64,000 nucleotides of DNA, from positions 14,818,001 to 14,882,000 of the forward strand of contig JBHGNT010000006.1 in assembly GCA_043228905.1 (NCBI GenBank), in the 5' to 3' direction. Shown in pieces: positions 61,727 through 64,000 of this stretch. Below the pieces are notes generated by a model, which did not search any database, had not been told where the DNA came from, and saw only the letters and a program-made list of their open reading frames with translations. Each line of letters opens with the position of its first letter. The stretch's first letter is position 1. The position numbers were made by a program, and so were the translations under genes. Source of the DNA: Azolla caroliniana (taxonomy: Eukaryota > Plantae > Polypodiophyta).

Positions 61727-63930
61727 ATGTTGCTCGAAGTATCTAAGGAGCTCCACACCTGGATAACCAAATACGACTTAACGGATTATCTCAACGTCCT
61801 CGAAGCACCTCCTCACCCTGAAGCCCAGGCCATTGCCAAGAAAATCCACCTAGACACCATCAGCAACAATATGATTTGTGGAGCACTGCGACTGCGGAGA
61901 GGGGACGACCACAACATCGATGTGTTGCCCCAACATATTTTGGAGCAACACTTTGGAGAGTATTTTCTCTCGGCGAAGGACCATCGCACTCATGGGGGTC
62001 CCAACGAGTTCTTCGGGAACCTAGCCCACTTTCTCCTCGAATACGCCTTCATCCATGCCAACCCCTACAACATGGCAAAGAAGAAGGCAGGATTGATCAT
62101 CACAGCTTATCACGGTGGAGCCATCAATTGGGGTATTATAACAAGTGAACGAGTCCGCGCGGCCATCGTCTCCTTTCAATCGGAGAAACGATTTTTACCG
62201 GTACTAGCACAATACACTGTTGTGCTTTACCCTCCCCAGGCACAGACACCTCCTAAGGCCAAATGACAGTGCCATTGCAGTTGTCGCATGAAGAGTGGTA
62301 GGATGACGATAACTAGGCCCTTACCACAACCCCAGCCTAAAAAAACACCGAAGAAGGGAACAACATCACTATACGCAGCCGTGATAAGGTGATACTAAAA
62401 ATAACTTCACCCCGCCCGACACCAAACTGAAAACCGGCCAAATAGACAAAAATGCCACAGCTTGTTCCAGAGGTCCCATGCTTAGTGGGAGCCCAACAAA
62501 AACGGGATGGTGATGAACAAACATCCGCGGCGGCGGATACGGCCGTGAAGCATCGCCGAACCGACCTGAGCAGCACAAAGCAGACAAAGCATGAAATCAC
62601 GGCTGTTGACAAACAATTGATCGTCATACCGGAGAAATTTGTCGCGATCAAACAAACCACCCAGCTGGCTTCCAGAAGACAAATTGAACAAGGCCAACAC
62701 TTGCAGTTTTCGGAGTACGAGGTCTTAACGCTTAAGGGATTACCTACGGAGGCATTTGAGCTTGGCGCAATCCTCCAGCATGGCATGACATACGAACTCA
62801 TAGACTTCTTGCCACGACTTCAAGTAGTTGTCGCAGCCCGCATGGCCCAGGACACGCTGAACAACAGGTCATAGAAGAGGGCCTTAGATAACGAGCCAGC
62901 TTAAGATGACAAGCCGAAACAACGGAAGATTGGCCGGAAACGGGTAATGAAGAAAAGCGGAACATGTATTGAACTTCCAGAGCTCAACACGGCGTTTGTA
63001 TAAGTCTACTGCGAATTGGAGAAACGCATGCGTGCCACAAAAGACATGGCCACACGAAACAAATTGGCGAGCAAACAGGAAAAAGATTGCCACGGACTTG
63101 TGGCATGCATCCGAGTTACAACGCTCTGAACTTAAGCAACAACTCCATAGAAAGGAGCAAACTACCACGCTCGCCTTGGCGTCTTTCAAACCTACAACCA
63201 CTTACATCGCGACGTAGACAAACCAGCCATGTGAGCCCGAACGGACTGACACGGCCAATTAGGCAAATTCACCATGCCCTCCCGCTCTAACAACAACATC
63301 CACACAAACCGAGGAAGATTTTCACCAAACCATTCGTATTAAAGATATCACCGTGCATAAGGCCATGGCAGATAAAGCTAAAGAACGTTATGCGCAGGCC
63401 CAGATGGAGGCTACAAATAGTAAGGAACAGGCCACACAAAGAGAAGCCAAACTCACGAAACTGCTCAACAAGCGGACGACGCAGGTTCAGGAGGCCGAAA
63501 TGAAAGTTGTCGTATCTATAAAATCCATACAGGACATTGCGGCCGCACAAATCGCCTCCGTAACCAAAGAGCTCGTTGAAATGTAGGTACACTCCAATTG
63601 ATTTTTGCAGAAATATGAAGATGCCGAATAGGAACGTTCCAAATTGGCTTGCGCCCTTCACGAGAGCCAAATGAATGCAACATTGGAAATCGAACACCAA
63701 CACCATAGACTTCTGAAGGAATCAGAAGAAAACATGGATTGTCTCCTTAACAAATTCGATCACTTCACAAGAGGCAAATGCACGAGTAACCGCCCTCAAC
63801 ACGTCGTGTGAAATCATCACGGCACAACTTAAACAAAAGGTGGAAGAAGCGAAACACGAGACGGCTGTACTATAGGCCAAATATGATAAAAGGGAGGAGC
63901 GCATCCATGCCCTAGTCATGAAATAACGGC
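61727..63930 (+). pseudogene. Gypsy accessory ORF downstream of integrase (homologue of 46817-49850)
   Basis: 61727-62266 aligns with 48981-49694; followed by frameshifted coiled-coil segments such as 63353-63586. Confidence 0.72.
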
Positions 63931-64000
63931 AGAAGCTAAATCGAAAAGTCGAGGAAACGATTACGAATGGTTGGAAGCAATGGTCAGCTCAAGCAGCTGA

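Larger units (their letters stand above)
51457..64000 (+). mobile_element. Non-chromovirus Ty3/gypsy element (gag end-PR-RT-RH-IN plus downstream accessory ORF), interrupted by a copia
   Basis: CFNCNQPGHY knuckle; IIDGGLGVNV protease; FLDGFSGYN and FLDDF RT; DASDIAIG and TEREAL RNase H; TPYYPQANG integrase; DY|C split by the copia TSD ATTAC. Runs off the window. Confidence 0.9.

Overview
Plant nuclear DNA, most likely a leptosporangiate fern, judged from fern-like unedited plastid rpoB sequence and the TE complement. The only host gene is the 3' end of the m6A RNA methyltransferase MTA/METTL3 (three exons, 1203-2456, +). From about 3.6 kb onward the window is a deep nest of transposons. These include several Ty1/copia copies (one near-intact, 55126-60534), chromovirus and non-chromovirus Ty3/gypsy remnants, solo LTRs, two RTEX-like LINE pieces and a 12.45-kb Sola2-like DNA transposon (24102-36552, AAAT TSD) carrying two convergent genes. 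Most notable: (i) a 1.8-kb mosaic of very short plastid fragments (rrn16, rrn23, psbA, atpB, rpoB) at 7.4-9.2 kb; (ii) two related tRNA-Trp-primed, RT-less LTR families with CpG-centred 4-bp TSDs and tRNA-like modules in their LTRs; (iii) a Sola2 element with an accessory gene and AGTACT-rich repeat arrays; (iv) a conserved accessory ORF of up to ~1000 aa in two gypsy-type elements, one of which carries nothing else. Family assignments come from recalled motifs, not database searches.
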